Positions 48,917-60,445 of a stretch of 64,000 bases of DNA are shown piece after piece (position 1 is the stretch's first letter; every line of letters starts with the position of its first letter). Both the position numbers and the translations under genes were made by a program. The notes under the pieces were generated by a model. It saw only the letters and a program-made list of their open reading frames with translations, was not told where the DNA came from and ran no database searches. Location of the stretch: the IMG/VR virus record IMGVR_UViG_3300001531_000060, positions 9,000 through 72,999 of that record. One strand, written 5' to 3'. Source of the stretch: a virus (Duplodnaviria > Caudoviricetes).

Positions 48917-50122
48917 ATGTCATTAAGATTACCAGTTGAAATATCATGGTGTCCGGATGATGCAATAACATCTGCTGTAGATGAAAACGGTAATGCATTG
49001 TATCCATATGTGAGAATATATAGATCTAGACATGAAACATTTGGTTATGATTTAGTAAGCGCAGATGTAGTTATATCAGACAATAAATATCCTATACAGT
49101 TTGTTGAAGGCGAGTCATGTAGAAATTTGAGCTTTAATAAAGGGTTTGAGATAGATACATTCCTAGATTCGATACATAGTGGTGGAAATAATAAAGTAGT
49201 TCTACTTACTTTAGGTTCACAAGAACCTGAAAAGGTAGAACTTTTCTCAATTAAAGACGATCAAGGTGGCTACAGACTTTGTTTAGATGATAATAGAATA
49301 GTATATAATTCAGTTCAATATGGATATATAAAACCAGGTTGGCATTGTTTACACTATAACGTAGGTAATTTAATTTTAAATATGACAGAGTTACCTATAG
49401 TTTATGTTAATCCTGCACTAACAAATGAGTTGGTAAGTAACAGTATTAACTACGACGAAAGAAATCCTTATGTTGAGAACAGAGTTATATCAGAAATAAG
49501 TTCTCAAATAAATGGATATTGGGTTAACAAGTGGACAGATCCAACAATAGATATTAGATGTAAAGATTCTTACTATTATATTATAAAATATTTAAATGCA
49601 GATAAAACATATGAATCTAAATTCTTTTTACCTAGAAAATCATTAACACCGAAGGAACAAAGACTAGTTAATCATTTAAAGATCTGGCTTACAAATTGGA
49701 TAACAAATTGCGCAACTGACGATGAAATTCGTGCAGGTATTAAATTTGCTTTGGAATCTTTAAATATTAAGTCTCCAGTTACACATTTTACAATAGAATC
49801 CCTTCCAGAAATATTAGAGTCTGTTCTTATGGTAGGAAGTGCAATATATACATTAATGGTACACTACTTAGGTATTGCGTTTACAGATGTTTCTTACACA
49901 GATTCTGGCGTATCTATTACAATTGATAGAGGACAGAAAATTCAAAACGCTATAGATAAAGCTACAGCATATTATGATAAATTGATTGATGTAGCAAAAT
50001 TGCATTACTTGAATGCAGGGTGTTCGATCGGAAGCATCCCATTAAACTTAAGCTTGGGTGGGCGTTTATCAGGAAATATATTAGGAGCAATTTCCAACCT
50101 TTTCAATGCTATAGGTAGATAG
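48917..50122 (+). CDS. Probable head-tail adaptor (neck) protein
   Basis: C-terminal DDEI...ALESLN...SYTDSGVSITIDRGQK resembles head-tail connector proteins. Confidence 0.55.
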   Translation: MSLRLPVEISWCPDDAITSAVDENGNALYPYVRIYRSRHETFGYDLVSADVVISDNKYPIQFVEGESCRNLSFNKGFEIDTFLDSIHSGGNNKVVLLTLGSQEPEKVELFSIKDDQGGYRLCLDDNRIVYNSVQYGYIKPGWHCLHYNVGNLILNMTELPIVYVNPALTNELVSNSINYDERNPYVENRVISEISSQINGYWVNKWTDPTIDIRCKDSYYYIIKYLNADKTYESKFFLPRKSLTPKEQRLVNHLKIWLTNWITNCATDDEIRAGIKFALESLNIKSPVTHFTIESLPEILESVLMVGSAIYTLMVHYLGIAFTDVSYTDSGVSITIDRGQKIQNAIDKATAYYDKLIDVAKLHYLNAGCSIGSIPLNLSLGGRLSGNILGAISNLFNAIGR

Positions 50123-50159
50123 TTGAATTTAATCTAATATTTTAATATAATATACTGTT

Positions 50160-51188
50160 ATGAATAATTATATAGTTTATAAACATACTTTTCCTAATGG
50201 TAAAATTTATATAGGTATAACCTGTCGTAAACCTAAACTTCGTTGGAAAAATGGTAATGGTTATTCTAGTAATATTTATATGCAAAATGCTATTAATAAA
50301 TATGGCTGGAATAATATAAAGCATGAGATTTTAAAAACAGGTTTAACATTAAATGAAGCTTGTAAATTAGAGCGTCAGTTTATTAATGATTTTAAAAGTA
50401 ATGAACGTGAGTTTGGATACAATATAGAGTCTGGTGGTACTCAAGGTAAAGAAATATCTGATGAAACGCGTTTAAAATTAAGCAACGCTATTAAGAAAAT
50501 TAGATATAAATATAGTAAAAAAGTATATCAGTATGATCTTCAAGGAAATTTTATAAAAACTTGGTACTGTATTGCTGATGCAGTAAGTGCTTTAAATTTA
50601 AAAGAAAAAGCACGTGATGCAATAACAGAATGTTGTAAAGGTAGTTCATCTAAATGTCTAAGGTTGACAGCTTATAATTATATTTGGTTATATGATAATA
50701 ATATAGAAGAGCGTTTAAAGCAAATATCTAATATAAAAACAGCAAAATATAATAGCCATATTGTACCTATAATTCAATATACATTAGACGGAAAATTTTT
50801 ACATAAATTTGATAATGGTTCAGATGCAGCTAGATATATAAGCACCAAATTAAATAAAGATTATATTAATGTACATAGAAATATTCACGCTACTTGTGAT
50901 GGTAGACAGAAATCCGCTTTCGGTTATATTTGGTTAAAGGATACAGATGATATTCAAGAACGTTTGAAAGAAATACAATCTAGTAGATATAATAAAATGA
51001 TTGGTATTCGTAGTAAACGTATTCAACAATATACCTTAACAGGTGATTTTATTACAGAATATAATTCTTTAACGGATGCTTGTAAAGCTTTAAAATTAGA
51101 TATGAATTGTCGACCAACTATTTCACAATGCGGTAATGGTATTAAAAAATCTGCTTATGGTTATAAATGGAAGTATATTAACGAATAA
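50160..51188 (+). mobile_element. GIY-YIG endonuclease with three NUMOD1-like repeats
   Basis: YIVYKH..NGKIYIGIT..R, GYNIESGG; three [VI]xQY[DT]LxG repeats. Confidence 0.88.
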
Positions 51189-51189
51189 A

Positions 51190-51211
51190 CCCTTGACATA
51201 ACTATCATAAT
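51190..51211 (+). promoter_or_regulatory. Putative late promoter
   Basis: CCCTTGACA-TAACTAT-CATAAT. Confidence 0.7.
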
Positions 51212-51240
51212 ATGAGTAAAAACATTAGGAGTTTCTGTAA

Positions 51241-51747
51241 ATGTTTAAAATTTCTACATTCAAAATACAATCAAAAAGAGTTGAACTTCCTAAAGGGAAT
51301 CTTAACTTAGATTCTCTTATAGTTTCATTTAATGAGATGTATCGCGATTATGTTATTTATTATCCAGGCTCAATAGATAAATATATAACAAATATAGGAG
51401 ATATTGAATTAGGCTTCGGACCAAGATATCTTCTGCATAAACTTTTAAGAGAAGTTAGAAAGGCAAATCCAGATGGTACTGTTGATAATGGTTCTGTTGT
51501 TGTAAAAACTATTCCACAGTTACCAGAACCTTTAGTTAGAAGACTTGGTAGTTTAAATAGAGAAGCTTGTGGTGAAGATTTTCCCACAAGCAATAAATCT
51601 ATTCCAGGTAGTTTTGGTGAACCAGAACACATGTTTATAGATACAGATGTAGAAGATAAAGCAGAAAGACATACACAAGAAACAAATGATCCAGACGGAA
51701 AAACAATAAAAGTTGTGATAAAAGATCCAAATAAACTTTTTGAATAG
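51241..51747 (+). CDS. Hypothetical protein
   Basis: AGGAG RBS. Confidence 0.55.
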   Translation: MFKISTFKIQSKRVELPKGNLNLDSLIVSFNEMYRDYVIYYPGSIDKYITNIGDIELGFGPRYLLHKLLREVRKANPDGTVDNGSVVVKTIPQLPEPLVRRLGSLNREACGEDFPTSNKSIPGSFGEPEHMFIDTDVEDKAERHTQETNDPDGKTIKVVIKDPNKLFE

Positions 51748-51757
51748 GAGAGTATAT

Positions 51758-52753
51758 ATGTTTGATTTCTTTAAGAAAAAATCTTATACAGTTACACAGG
51801 AGAACGGAATGGAAAAATTAGTTACTGCTGCAGATATGAATAAAGCTGCAGAAGATGCTTTGAAAGCATTGGAAGCTTTGCCGGAGAATTATATTAAAGA
51901 TTTGATTGATTATACAAAATCTAGTATTGATCATGGAAATATTTCAAAAGAATTTTTAAAAATGATTATAAAAATTGTTGACGCAGTAAGTACAAAGAAA
52001 GCAAAAGAAGTTCAAAAAAGTTTAGATGATGAAGCTCCTGCTCCTAAACCAAAAGAAGAGAAGAAGGAAGAACCTAAAAAAGAAGAAGAGTCTAAGGAAG
52101 AACTCAAGAAAGATGATATCTTAGATTTAGATAAAGTAGCAAGTGTTAATAAAGAATCTATTGTAAGATCTGCTGCAGATACAAATCCAGCAAGTTCTAA
52201 ATATAGAGCAGAAGGTATAAAGGAAAAACTTCTTGAAATTAATAAAGAAGTTGCAGTTAAATCAGATAATAAAGTTCAGAATATAGGTAATAATACGAAA
52301 GGAATTATAACTCCTGGAGATAAAAGTACAGTTGTTAAAGTTAAAGAAGAAACTGTAAAACCGGATATAGTTGTTGAAAATGTAAAAATAAAAATTATTA
52401 GAGATGACGGTGAGTTTGAAAAATTATTCCCGGAAAAGAATATAAAATTTCCTACCGGAGATAAAGTAGTTATTAAAGCTAGTGATAATAATGTAGAAAT
52501 AGATACAGCTGTATTACAAACAAAACCAGAAGAGATTAAAGATAAAGTTGCTAAAGCAGTTGAGAAAGGTAATCCTACAGAAATAGAGCAAGTTGTTAAT
52601 GAAACAGGTGTTGGAAAAACAGGAACGGCATCAATTTATGATCAAGTAATGAATACAGTTTTCAATAGAAGTGCGGAAGCTGATACTGAAGACACTGATA
52701 AATTTGAAGAAGAGGTAAAAGAAGATTTGTCTTTATTAAATAATAAGGAGTAG
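51758..52753 (+). CDS. Hypothetical charged virion protein
   Basis: AGGAG precedes ATG 51758 (MFDFFKKKS); KVAS and RSAA motifs. Confidence 0.55.
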   Translation: MFDFFKKKSYTVTQENGMEKLVTAADMNKAAEDALKALEALPENYIKDLIDYTKSSIDHGNISKEFLKMIIKIVDAVSTKKAKEVQKSLDDEAPAPKPKEEKKEEPKKEEESKEELKKDDILDLDKVASVNKESIVRSAADTNPASSKYRAEGIKEKLLEINKEVAVKSDNKVQNIGNNTKGIITPGDKSTVVKVKEETVKPDIVVENVKIKIIRDDGEFEKLFPEKNIKFPTGDKVVIKASDNNVEIDTAVLQTKPEEIKDKVAKAVEKGNPTEIEQVVNETGVGKTGTASIYDQVMNTVFNRSAEADTEDTDKFEEEVKEDLSLLNNKE

Positions 52754-52756
52754 TTT

Positions 52757-53041
52757 ATGGAATTTGAAACTATTTTAACTGATATAGATAAATTAACAGA
52801 AGAACTCGATGTACTTGAGAAAGAGATTACTATAAATGCAAGTTCCCTATTTAATAATTTTTTAAATAAAGTTTTTGCAACAGGTATGTCTACGCAAGAA
52901 GTTTTAGAAATTAGCGAGTCAGATAATAATACTACAAAAAATAATCCGACAAATACAGAGAGTAATCAAATACCGATCATAGATAAAATAAATAATAAAG
53001 AAATTCCTTATGAAAATTCAATAATTAATGAGGTACAATAA
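52757..53041 (+). CDS. Hypothetical protein
   Basis: AAGGAG RBS. Confidence 0.5.
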   Translation: MEFETILTDIDKLTEELDVLEKEITINASSLFNNFLNKVFATGMSTQEVLEISESDNNTTKNNPTNTESNQIPIIDKINNKEIPYENSIINEVQ

Positions 53042-56000
53042 TATGGCTGATAACTTTAGTGATATAAAAGTGTCACAATTAGATGCATTCTTACAGAAAT
53101 TTCCTAAATTAGATGCTTTATTGAAAGATAATGAAGGAATTTCTTTTTCTAGTTTCGAAATAATACTTCCTATTATTTTAGATAATTTTAATGAAATAAA
53201 AACTAATATAGAAACATTTGCAAATGCAAATAGAAAAAATGCATTTGGTCAAATTGTTCTTTGGTTAAAAGATAATGGTTATATAGTAGATAATAAATTT
53301 GTTAATAAAGATATTAGCGTCGCAGATTTAACAAATTTTGCTGCATTTTATTGTAATACATTATTTAAAAATAATTTAATATCTACACAAGCTGGTAGTT
53401 TAAAAGATGCAACTTCAGGCGCAACAGAGTTGGCTCCGAATTTTTTTAACAAACAATTCGATATCGAAGGATTAACTAATGATAATGGTGAACAAGTTTC
53501 ATTAAGTTTGCATGACGGTATTTCAAAATTAAGATCACAACAGATATTATATTCAGATACTACAGATAAAGTATTGAGAGATCTTGTTGTCGATAGATTT
53601 AATATCGGTGATTCAAAGAAAATAGGTGTAGATCCTTCCGGAAAATCAGTATTTTTCGGATCATATGTTAATACACAAATAACAAATAACTGGAATAAAT
53701 TAATTCATAAAGAAAATATAATAAAGAAATTGTTATCTGTTCCTGAATTACAAGATGAAGCTTGGGTTAATAAAGATGTAGATTCAATTTCTTTTTATGA
53801 ACATTTAAAAGAGTGTGTTAAAAATAATGTTGGAAATTTAAAAGATGATGCTGAGATAAAAAATATAGTTGATAACTTTGATCCTAGATCAGTATTATTT
53901 TTGACTCAGAAATTAGAGGATACAGCTACTAAAAATTATGTTCCAGATAATCGTTATAAAGATACAAAAATATTTGTAGGTCTTATAGATGATGTTAAAA
54001 AACATATTTCGAAAATAGGTTTTATTATTAAGAAACTTGAATTGAAAGAACCAGGAAGTATGTCAGAGAAAATTTATGATTCAAGAGAAGATACATTTAC
54101 AATACCAAAACCAACAACTTCTGCAGATACAGATGCTTTTAAACAATTATTAGTAAGTGACATTAATACAGATGAAGATTCTATAAAACAAAGAATAGAT
54201 GCTATAGATGATCAAACTTTATATTCGATAGATCATAATTTAGCTAACCCATATACAGAATCTTATTTAGTGAAATGGTTTACTACATTATTTACAAAAA
54301 AGGTTTTAGCAGAGCAATACGGTTTTACTGCAGTTGAGAAAGGAAATGAATTAGTTTTTAGATATTCTGGTGAAGAAAAAACAGATGCGTCAGATTCTTT
54401 AAGTGCATACTTAAGTAAATTAAGAGGCATTATAAAAAAGTATAAAGATTATTTAGCAGTTTTAAAATATATCGTTAAATCTATTACTTCTGGTAAATAT
54501 AATTTTGATACATCAGAACTTGCTACAATACATGCATCAACCACACAGCTTTACTTACGTGGTTACGCAACTACTTTCGGTGAGAAATTAGGAGATTTAG
54601 CAGAGTATTCGAAATCAAAAGATTTGAATGATGTTAATTTTAAATCAATTGTAGATAGTAATGAATTACAAAAATTTGTTTTAGACGCTGCATCTTTAGC
54701 AGCTAATACATTACTCCCTATTAATGATGATTTAGAAGAAATTGCGAGTATGGAATATAAAAAATTTAAAATGGATCAGCCGTTGGATAAAGAAGAATTT
54801 AATGCTATTTATAAAGAAAAACAACAAGAAGCAGAGTTATTTATTCAAAGTATAAAATCTTATGTCAATGAAAAGTTGAATAATTTACAAACTACACCGA
54901 CAGAGTCTGTTGAAGATTTAGATTTGTATTTAGGTAAGTACAGTAATTTCATCAATGCTTTAACTTTAAAAAGAGAAGCAGCACATAAATTTGATGAATC
55001 AGATTTAGTAGATTTCTTTAAAGAATTATATGGTCAACAGTATGATAGTACTACTAGAACATTATCAGCTACAAAACAAAGTTTATTGAGTGAAGTTTAT
55101 AATATAGAAAATGTTGCAGAATCTATAATTGAGTTTTTAAATTTAAAGAATGTGAAAGATATAAATAAAGTTCAGATCGGTGCCTATATAAATCAATTAG
55201 TTGAATTGAATAAGTATGCTACATATCGTAATATTTTAACACAGAATATAGATTTAGAATTTTTACAAGAAAATTTAACTTCTATTATAGATGCAATATA
55301 CAATAAATTGAACGCACAAAATACGCAATTAAGTTACAATGATATCTTGAAAGAGATATTAGCTTTTAATAAAGATTTAAATACGAATGAAAATTTAGAT
55401 GATTCTAATTTAAGTAAATTTATAAAAGATAATAACATTTCTACTTTAAGTTCAGAAAATATTTCAGCTTCTGAAGATGCAGAAGCACTTATATCTTTCG
55501 TAGCAAATATTTTATTTAAGACATATAGAAAAACTTTAGAAGATTCGAAATCAGTTAGTTTAATTAATTATATAGATAATCAGAAGTTTAATTTGCTTGT
55601 GGATATTTGTGATGCTTTATCTGCAAATAAGACAGCGTTTACTGATAGAATAACTTCAGCTATACAATTAATTAAGAATAAAGAATATTTATTAAATGCG
55701 GAGAATAAGTTTGATAGATTGAGCGAACAGTTTTTATATAGAGGGGAACCAATTCGTGTAATACAATCAATTTCAAACTATAAAGTATTATCAAATGCTA
55801 GAGCAATATTATTTAATATCGTAAACTCAGATGCTATCCTAGCAAGTTTAATGCAAGATTGTACGGATTGGGATTTTAGTGATAAGTTAGTAAATGAAGT
55901 TTTAAAATCTTCTAAGATATTTAATATTTCTGGTAAGCTTGTTGATGGTAATATAAATGATTTAAGAGGTAATGTAGCATTACCTTTAGATCAGAAATAT

Positions 56001-56864
56001 ACTATGGATAATTCTTTTGAAACAAAATTTAGAACAATCTTTAATAAGTTGAAGAACTTAAGTAGTGTTTCTATAAATAAAAATATTGTCGCTTTAATGA
56101 AAGTATTAAACGATACACAATATAATTTTAAAAGTATATCTAGAGATATAGAAAGCTTATCTAAGAAACTTTATGAAACAAAGAAAGATAAAAGTAATGC
56201 AGATGGTGAAGTTTTAAAACAAAGTATGGCTAGTTTAGAAAAGACATTAAATGAAATCAATGATTTAGCTACAGAATCTGTTGAGAATTTAAGACCTAAT
56301 GTAGAACAAAAAATTCAAGATTGGTTGACCGCTAATAAAAATATCGCACCTTATGTAACTATTAAGTTTATTTCTGATAGACATAGACGTGGTTTATTTA
56401 GTAAAGAGTTTGATATACTCCCTATAGATATTACTGTTGATACCGTTGCTATACAGAATAAAATAAAATCTTCAGGATCATCTGTACAGAAAGAAATATC
56501 AGATTTAGATAGAAAGTTACAAAAGATGAGATTTTTACTTTCACAATATTTATATAATGCAATGGTTGATTCTAGTACGAGTCCAGAAACTTTATCTGGA
56601 TTACAAGTATTGTTAGAAAGAAATAATAATTTGTTAAGCAGTTTAACCGATAAAATACAGAATAGTTTTAAAGGTGAGTTTATCACAATTCCTTATATAG
56701 CAGAGAAATTATCATCTTTAAAGACAGATTTAATAAATTACGTAGCAGATATGTGTGAAAAAACGAATAAGTGCTTTGATTTGACAATGAATTTTAGTGA
56801 ACAATTAACTAATTTGTGGCAAAAAGTTGAAGATATATCTGCAGAATATGACCTTAAAATCTAA
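53028..56864 (+). CDS. Large orphan protein (1278 aa), possible internal/ejection protein
   Basis: Long ORF with helical character; no recognisable motif; late cluster. Confidence 0.55.
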   Translation: MRYNNMADNFSDIKVSQLDAFLQKFPKLDALLKDNEGISFSSFEIILPIILDNFNEIKTNIETFANANRKNAFGQIVLWLKDNGYIVDNKFVNKDISVADLTNFAAFYCNTLFKNNLISTQAGSLKDATSGATELAPNFFNKQFDIEGLTNDNGEQVSLSLHDGISKLRSQQILYSDTTDKVLRDLVVDRFNIGDSKKIGVDPSGKSVFFGSYVNTQITNNWNKLIHKENIIKKLLSVPELQDEAWVNKDVDSISFYEHLKECVKNNVGNLKDDAEIKNIVDNFDPRSVLFLTQKLEDTATKNYVPDNRYKDTKIFVGLIDDVKKHISKIGFIIKKLELKEPGSMSEKIYDSREDTFTIPKPTTSADTDAFKQLLVSDINTDEDSIKQRIDAIDDQTLYSIDHNLANPYTESYLVKWFTTLFTKKVLAEQYGFTAVEKGNELVFRYSGEEKTDASDSLSAYLSKLRGIIKKYKDYLAVLKYIVKSITSGKYNFDTSELATIHASTTQLYLRGYATTFGEKLGDLAEYSKSKDLNDVNFKSIVDSNELQKFVLDAASLAANTLLPINDDLEEIASMEYKKFKMDQPLDKEEFNAIYKEKQQEAELFIQSIKSYVNEKLNNLQTTPTESVEDLDLYLGKYSNFINALTLKREAAHKFDESDLVDFFKELYGQQYDSTTRTLSATKQSLLSEVYNIENVAESIIEFLNLKNVKDINKVQIGAYINQLVELNKYATYRNILTQNIDLEFLQENLTSIIDAIYNKLNAQNTQLSYNDILKEILAFNKDLNTNENLDDSNLSKFIKDNNISTLSSENISASEDAEALISFVANILFKTYRKTLEDSKSVSLINYIDNQKFNLLVDICDALSANKTAFTDRITSAIQLIKNKEYLLNAENKFDRLSEQFLYRGEPIRVIQSISNYKVLSNARAILFNIVNSDAILASLMQDCTDWDFSDKLVNEVLKSSKIFNISGKLVDGNINDLRGNVALPLDQKYTMDNSFETKFRTIFNKLKNLSSVSINKNIVALMKVLNDTQYNFKSISRDIESLSKKLYETKKDKSNADGEVLKQSMASLEKTLNEINDLATESVENLRPNVEQKIQDWLTANKNIAPYVTIKFISDRHRRGLFSKEFDILPIDITVDTVAIQNKIKSSGSSVQKEISDLDRKLQKMRFLLSQYLYNAMVDSSTSPETLSGLQVLLERNNNLLSSLTDKIQNSFKGEFITIPYIAEKLSSLKTDLINYVADMCEKTNKCFDLTMNFSEQLTNLWQKVEDISAEYDLKI

Positions 56865-56879
56865 TAATATGGAGCATAT

Positions 56880-59291
56880 ATGTATAATAATTTCTTAAAA
56901 ACTTTACAAGCAGCTGATAAATTTACTTTAGAGAAAGCATTAAGACAAATTGTACAAGATTATAAGTTTAAGAATACAAATAGTGTACCAGTTAATCTTA
57001 TTGCTTATAACAGAAATAAAGAAAATGAAAATATTTATCAACTATTTATAAGATACGTGCCAGGTTTAACATTATTGAATGTAGACACTTTTATCGGCGG
57101 TTCTAATATTCAAAATGATACAACTCCTTTAACTCATGTAGCAAATATTTTTGTTGATGATAGTGTAAAATCTGATGATACATTGATGTCAAAGCCTGGA
57201 TATGCATCTATCAGAGTTGATGTTACTCCACTAAACTCAAGTGTTTCTGATAAAGATGAATTTGATTTCTATACAGGTATGTTAGAAAACGTTATTCATA
57301 AATTAAATAGTGAAGTTCAAGCCAGTAATGCAAAATATGTAGTAGAGTATGTAAGACCATCTGATATTTCTGAGAGTATATACTTTGATGATAAGGGTAG
57401 GTTGTCATCAACAGAAAGTGATATATACGATATAAAAGGTAAATTACAATTAGTTGCTATTATAAGTCGTAATTATTATATAAATAAATTAAGAACTTCC
57501 GATGTGTTATTGAACTTAGGTAAGTTTACGGAAGTTACGTTTGATAGAAGTTTTGTTTCAAGAAAATATAATGAGATTATGGATTTATATTGGCGTAGCG
57601 AAGAGTTTAAGAATCTTGTATATAAACTTGCACATAGATTAAATGCTTTAGGAAAATTAGGTAAGGATGTTAAGTTACCTGTAAGTGAGATGGAAGATAT
57701 TAAAAATGATTCTACTTTAAATAGTTATATTGATGAATTGATTTTAGAATTTAAAAAAGCAGAATCTATTGTTTATGATACGTCTTCTGAACAATTAACT
57801 GAAAATTATATAAAACGTTTCTTTGAATTATATAATGAAAAAATTGAAGATAAGTTTAAACAAGAAATGCAAAGATCTGGTAGTATATATTCGAATTTTC
57901 TTTTTAGAGTTGCTTTGAAATTCGAAGATTATTTAAGTGATGCTGAGAAGTTAAATATGGAAAATTTAAAAAAACGTTTAGAAGATGAAAATAAATTTTC
58001 TGCTGAAGAGCTTCAATCACTTAATGAAGATGTTGATACAGATCCCGATACAATACAAAAGAAACAACAAGAAGAAGCTATAAGAGAAGAGCTTCCAGTA
58101 ATAGAAGAAGCACCTAAAGTTTCTGATGAAAGTAATGTTGCTAGATTATTGGTTGAAAATGATGAGTTGGTTTTATCAGAATTTGGTGCTTCCGGTTCTT
58201 ATACTCAAGACGCTAAAGATGATTTTCAAGAATTTTTATATGAACGTGGTTATGATCTTCAACAGAATAAAGATGGTAAATATATAGGAGTAGTTGATGA
58301 TAAAGGATCAGCAATAGATACAGCTGAAGTATTACGTGATTTTAAAGAGAATTTTACAAGTTTATCTAATGATGAGATTTTAAAAATAGAGGATTCAAAT
58401 GCTTCTGAGTCTACATCAGGTAAAGTTGTATTTGAAAATTATATGAAAGAGAGAGCGCATTATCCAAAGATATTTAATTTCTTTGGAGCAGCAGCTCAAA
58501 ATGATAAAGAGAATCTCCAATCACTATTAAAATTTATTCAAAGCGAATCAACAAAGTTGGATGATAAAAATACTTCCGCTAAAGAAGTTTTATCAACTAT
58601 TGTTCAAGAAGTTTATTCAACACCTCTTGACAAAGATTTATCTAAATCGTTATTATTAGCTTGTGCATATCCAACAAAAAACCCTACTAAGTGGATTGAA
58701 CACTTAGTTTCTATTGTAGTTTTAAGTATTCAGATTTTGGATATATTTATAGAATCAGACGATAATAAGAAGGCAATGAATAGTTTAAAAGCTTTGTTTA
58801 ATGAAAAACAGTCATTAGAATCTTACTTTTTAAAATCTAATTTACAAGCATTAGATACTTCTATATTAGATAGACAAAAGTTCGTAGAGAAAACCGATAT
58901 TAATTTATTGTCTACAATAAGATTGTTTTTAAATACACTAAAAGATAAAGAATATAATTATGATATTATAGAGAATAAACTTAAAACTATTTCTAAAGAC
59001 GGAAAAGAATTAGATAAAAATTCTATAAATAGTTTAATTGATGAGTTTAATAAAGAGCAATCCAAGTCTTTAACATATGATCAATTATTTAATACAAAGA
59101 TTCAGTTCTCTGAGCAATTATCTAGACCTTTAACAGATGTAGAGACTTCAAATAATCCGCAATTAAATAATGCTCGTATGGAGTATATAAATTCTATTAA
59201 TAGTGTTGGACTAAAAAATTTAGAAAATAAATTAAATAGTATAGAAGATCAAATAAATAAAATAGATTGGGAGGAAATAAATGTCAAATAA
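56880..59291 (+). CDS. Large orphan protein (803 aa)
   Basis: N-terminus MYNNFLKTLQA; late cluster. Confidence 0.55.
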   Translation: MYNNFLKTLQAADKFTLEKALRQIVQDYKFKNTNSVPVNLIAYNRNKENENIYQLFIRYVPGLTLLNVDTFIGGSNIQNDTTPLTHVANIFVDDSVKSDDTLMSKPGYASIRVDVTPLNSSVSDKDEFDFYTGMLENVIHKLNSEVQASNAKYVVEYVRPSDISESIYFDDKGRLSSTESDIYDIKGKLQLVAIISRNYYINKLRTSDVLLNLGKFTEVTFDRSFVSRKYNEIMDLYWRSEEFKNLVYKLAHRLNALGKLGKDVKLPVSEMEDIKNDSTLNSYIDELILEFKKAESIVYDTSSEQLTENYIKRFFELYNEKIEDKFKQEMQRSGSIYSNFLFRVALKFEDYLSDAEKLNMENLKKRLEDENKFSAEELQSLNEDVDTDPDTIQKKQQEEAIREELPVIEEAPKVSDESNVARLLVENDELVLSEFGASGSYTQDAKDDFQEFLYERGYDLQQNKDGKYIGVVDDKGSAIDTAEVLRDFKENFTSLSNDEILKIEDSNASESTSGKVVFENYMKERAHYPKIFNFFGAAAQNDKENLQSLLKFIQSESTKLDDKNTSAKEVLSTIVQEVYSTPLDKDLSKSLLLACAYPTKNPTKWIEHLVSIVVLSIQILDIFIESDDNKKAMNSLKALFNEKQSLESYFLKSNLQALDTSILDRQKFVEKTDINLLSTIRLFLNTLKDKEYNYDIIENKLKTISKDGKELDKNSINSLIDEFNKEQSKSLTYDQLFNTKIQFSEQLSRPLTDVETSNNPQLNNARMEYINSINSVGLKNLENKLNSIEDQINKIDWEEINVK

Positions 59292-60435
59292 ATATATGAA
59301 AGAGATTCCTATTTTTGACATAAAAGCAGGAACGGAATTCACACATGATTTATATGGCGTTGGAAAAGTTGTAGCATCTTATCCAATGGAAGGTGTTGTA
59401 GATCTTGAATTTAAAGATGGTCATATAGAATATGGCTTCGACATTAAATCACAAACAAAACCTACTGAGGTTCTTAAAATCGAAGCTTTTAAATGTCCTA
59501 TCACAGGTGAAGATGTATTAGCTGAAAGATGCGCATGTATAAAAGATGGTATTCATTCATGTGATTACTTTAAAGCTGATTTAGAAAAGAAAGAAAGTTC
59601 TTGTATTTATGACTCTGAGATGCAAAGAATTGCTGCAGAAGCTGATGAAAAAGTAAAAAGAGAAGCGAAAGTTTCTAAAGATAAATTAGATGCAGTTAAT
59701 CAAATTAAAAAGCTTCTTAATAAATTATTAAAAGAAGCTAAGTTTGAAGATGTATTAGGTCCTGCACCGGAAGGAATAAATGCTAAAAATACATACTTAT
59801 ATGTACAGCATAGAGTAACTGGAGCAAAAGGCAAAGTTGAAAAGTCTGTATCCGATAATGCTGTAGTAGTAAATTGGAAAAATCAAGAAGAAGGACAATG
59901 TCTTTGTCAGACAGTTGTTACAGGTGATGAACTTGCTCCAGATAATGAAGCTAAAATTTGGTGCAAGATAAAAGAAATTCAAGAGAAATTAAAAAAGAAA
60001 TTTGTTAAACCTATTAGTGATTTCTTTAAAAAGAAAGCTTCAACAGAATCTAACTTAATAAAGATAGATGCAGATAAAATATTAAATAAATTAACTGCAA
60101 TGTCAGATGTTAAGAAACAAAGTTATTTGCAGGAAATGAGATCACAATTGAATTCAATAGGAATTGACGTTGAAGCTAGTTCAGTTGTATTAGATTCAAA
60201 TGGATTTGCTCAATCATTTAGTATAATAAAAGCAAATAATCATGATATTTGTCCTGAATATATTACAAATGTGAGCAGAAAGAAAGTTGCACAGAAACTT
60301 GGATATGATGGTGATGTATTAAAAATTTATGCTTCTTTAAAAGGTCAGTTAAATACACAATATTCAGAAGATGGATTTGAAAATTTTATAGAAAAAGATT
60401 TATCTAAAGATGAGGAATTAAATACTTTGTTTTAA
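59281..60435 (+). CDS. Hypothetical multi-module head protein
   Basis: Short modules separated by [KR]xA motifs; Cys cluster. Confidence 0.5.
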   Translation: MSNKYMKEIPIFDIKAGTEFTHDLYGVGKVVASYPMEGVVDLEFKDGHIEYGFDIKSQTKPTEVLKIEAFKCPITGEDVLAERCACIKDGIHSCDYFKADLEKKESSCIYDSEMQRIAAEADEKVKREAKVSKDKLDAVNQIKKLLNKLLKEAKFEDVLGPAPEGINAKNTYLYVQHRVTGAKGKVEKSVSDNAVVVNWKNQEEGQCLCQTVVTGDELAPDNEAKIWCKIKEIQEKLKKKFVKPISDFFKKKASTESNLIKIDADKILNKLTAMSDVKKQSYLQEMRSQLNSIGIDVEASSVVLDSNGFAQSFSIIKANNHDICPEYITNVSRKKVAQKLGYDGDVLKIYASLKGQLNTQYSEDGFENFIEKDLSKDEELNTLF

Positions 60436-60445
60436 GGTAGGCCAA

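Noticed and set aside
50123-50159. Leader RNA upstream of the GIY-YIG gene
   Set aside because: Only 37 AT-rich nt with no stems; the element is absent here and before 10241.
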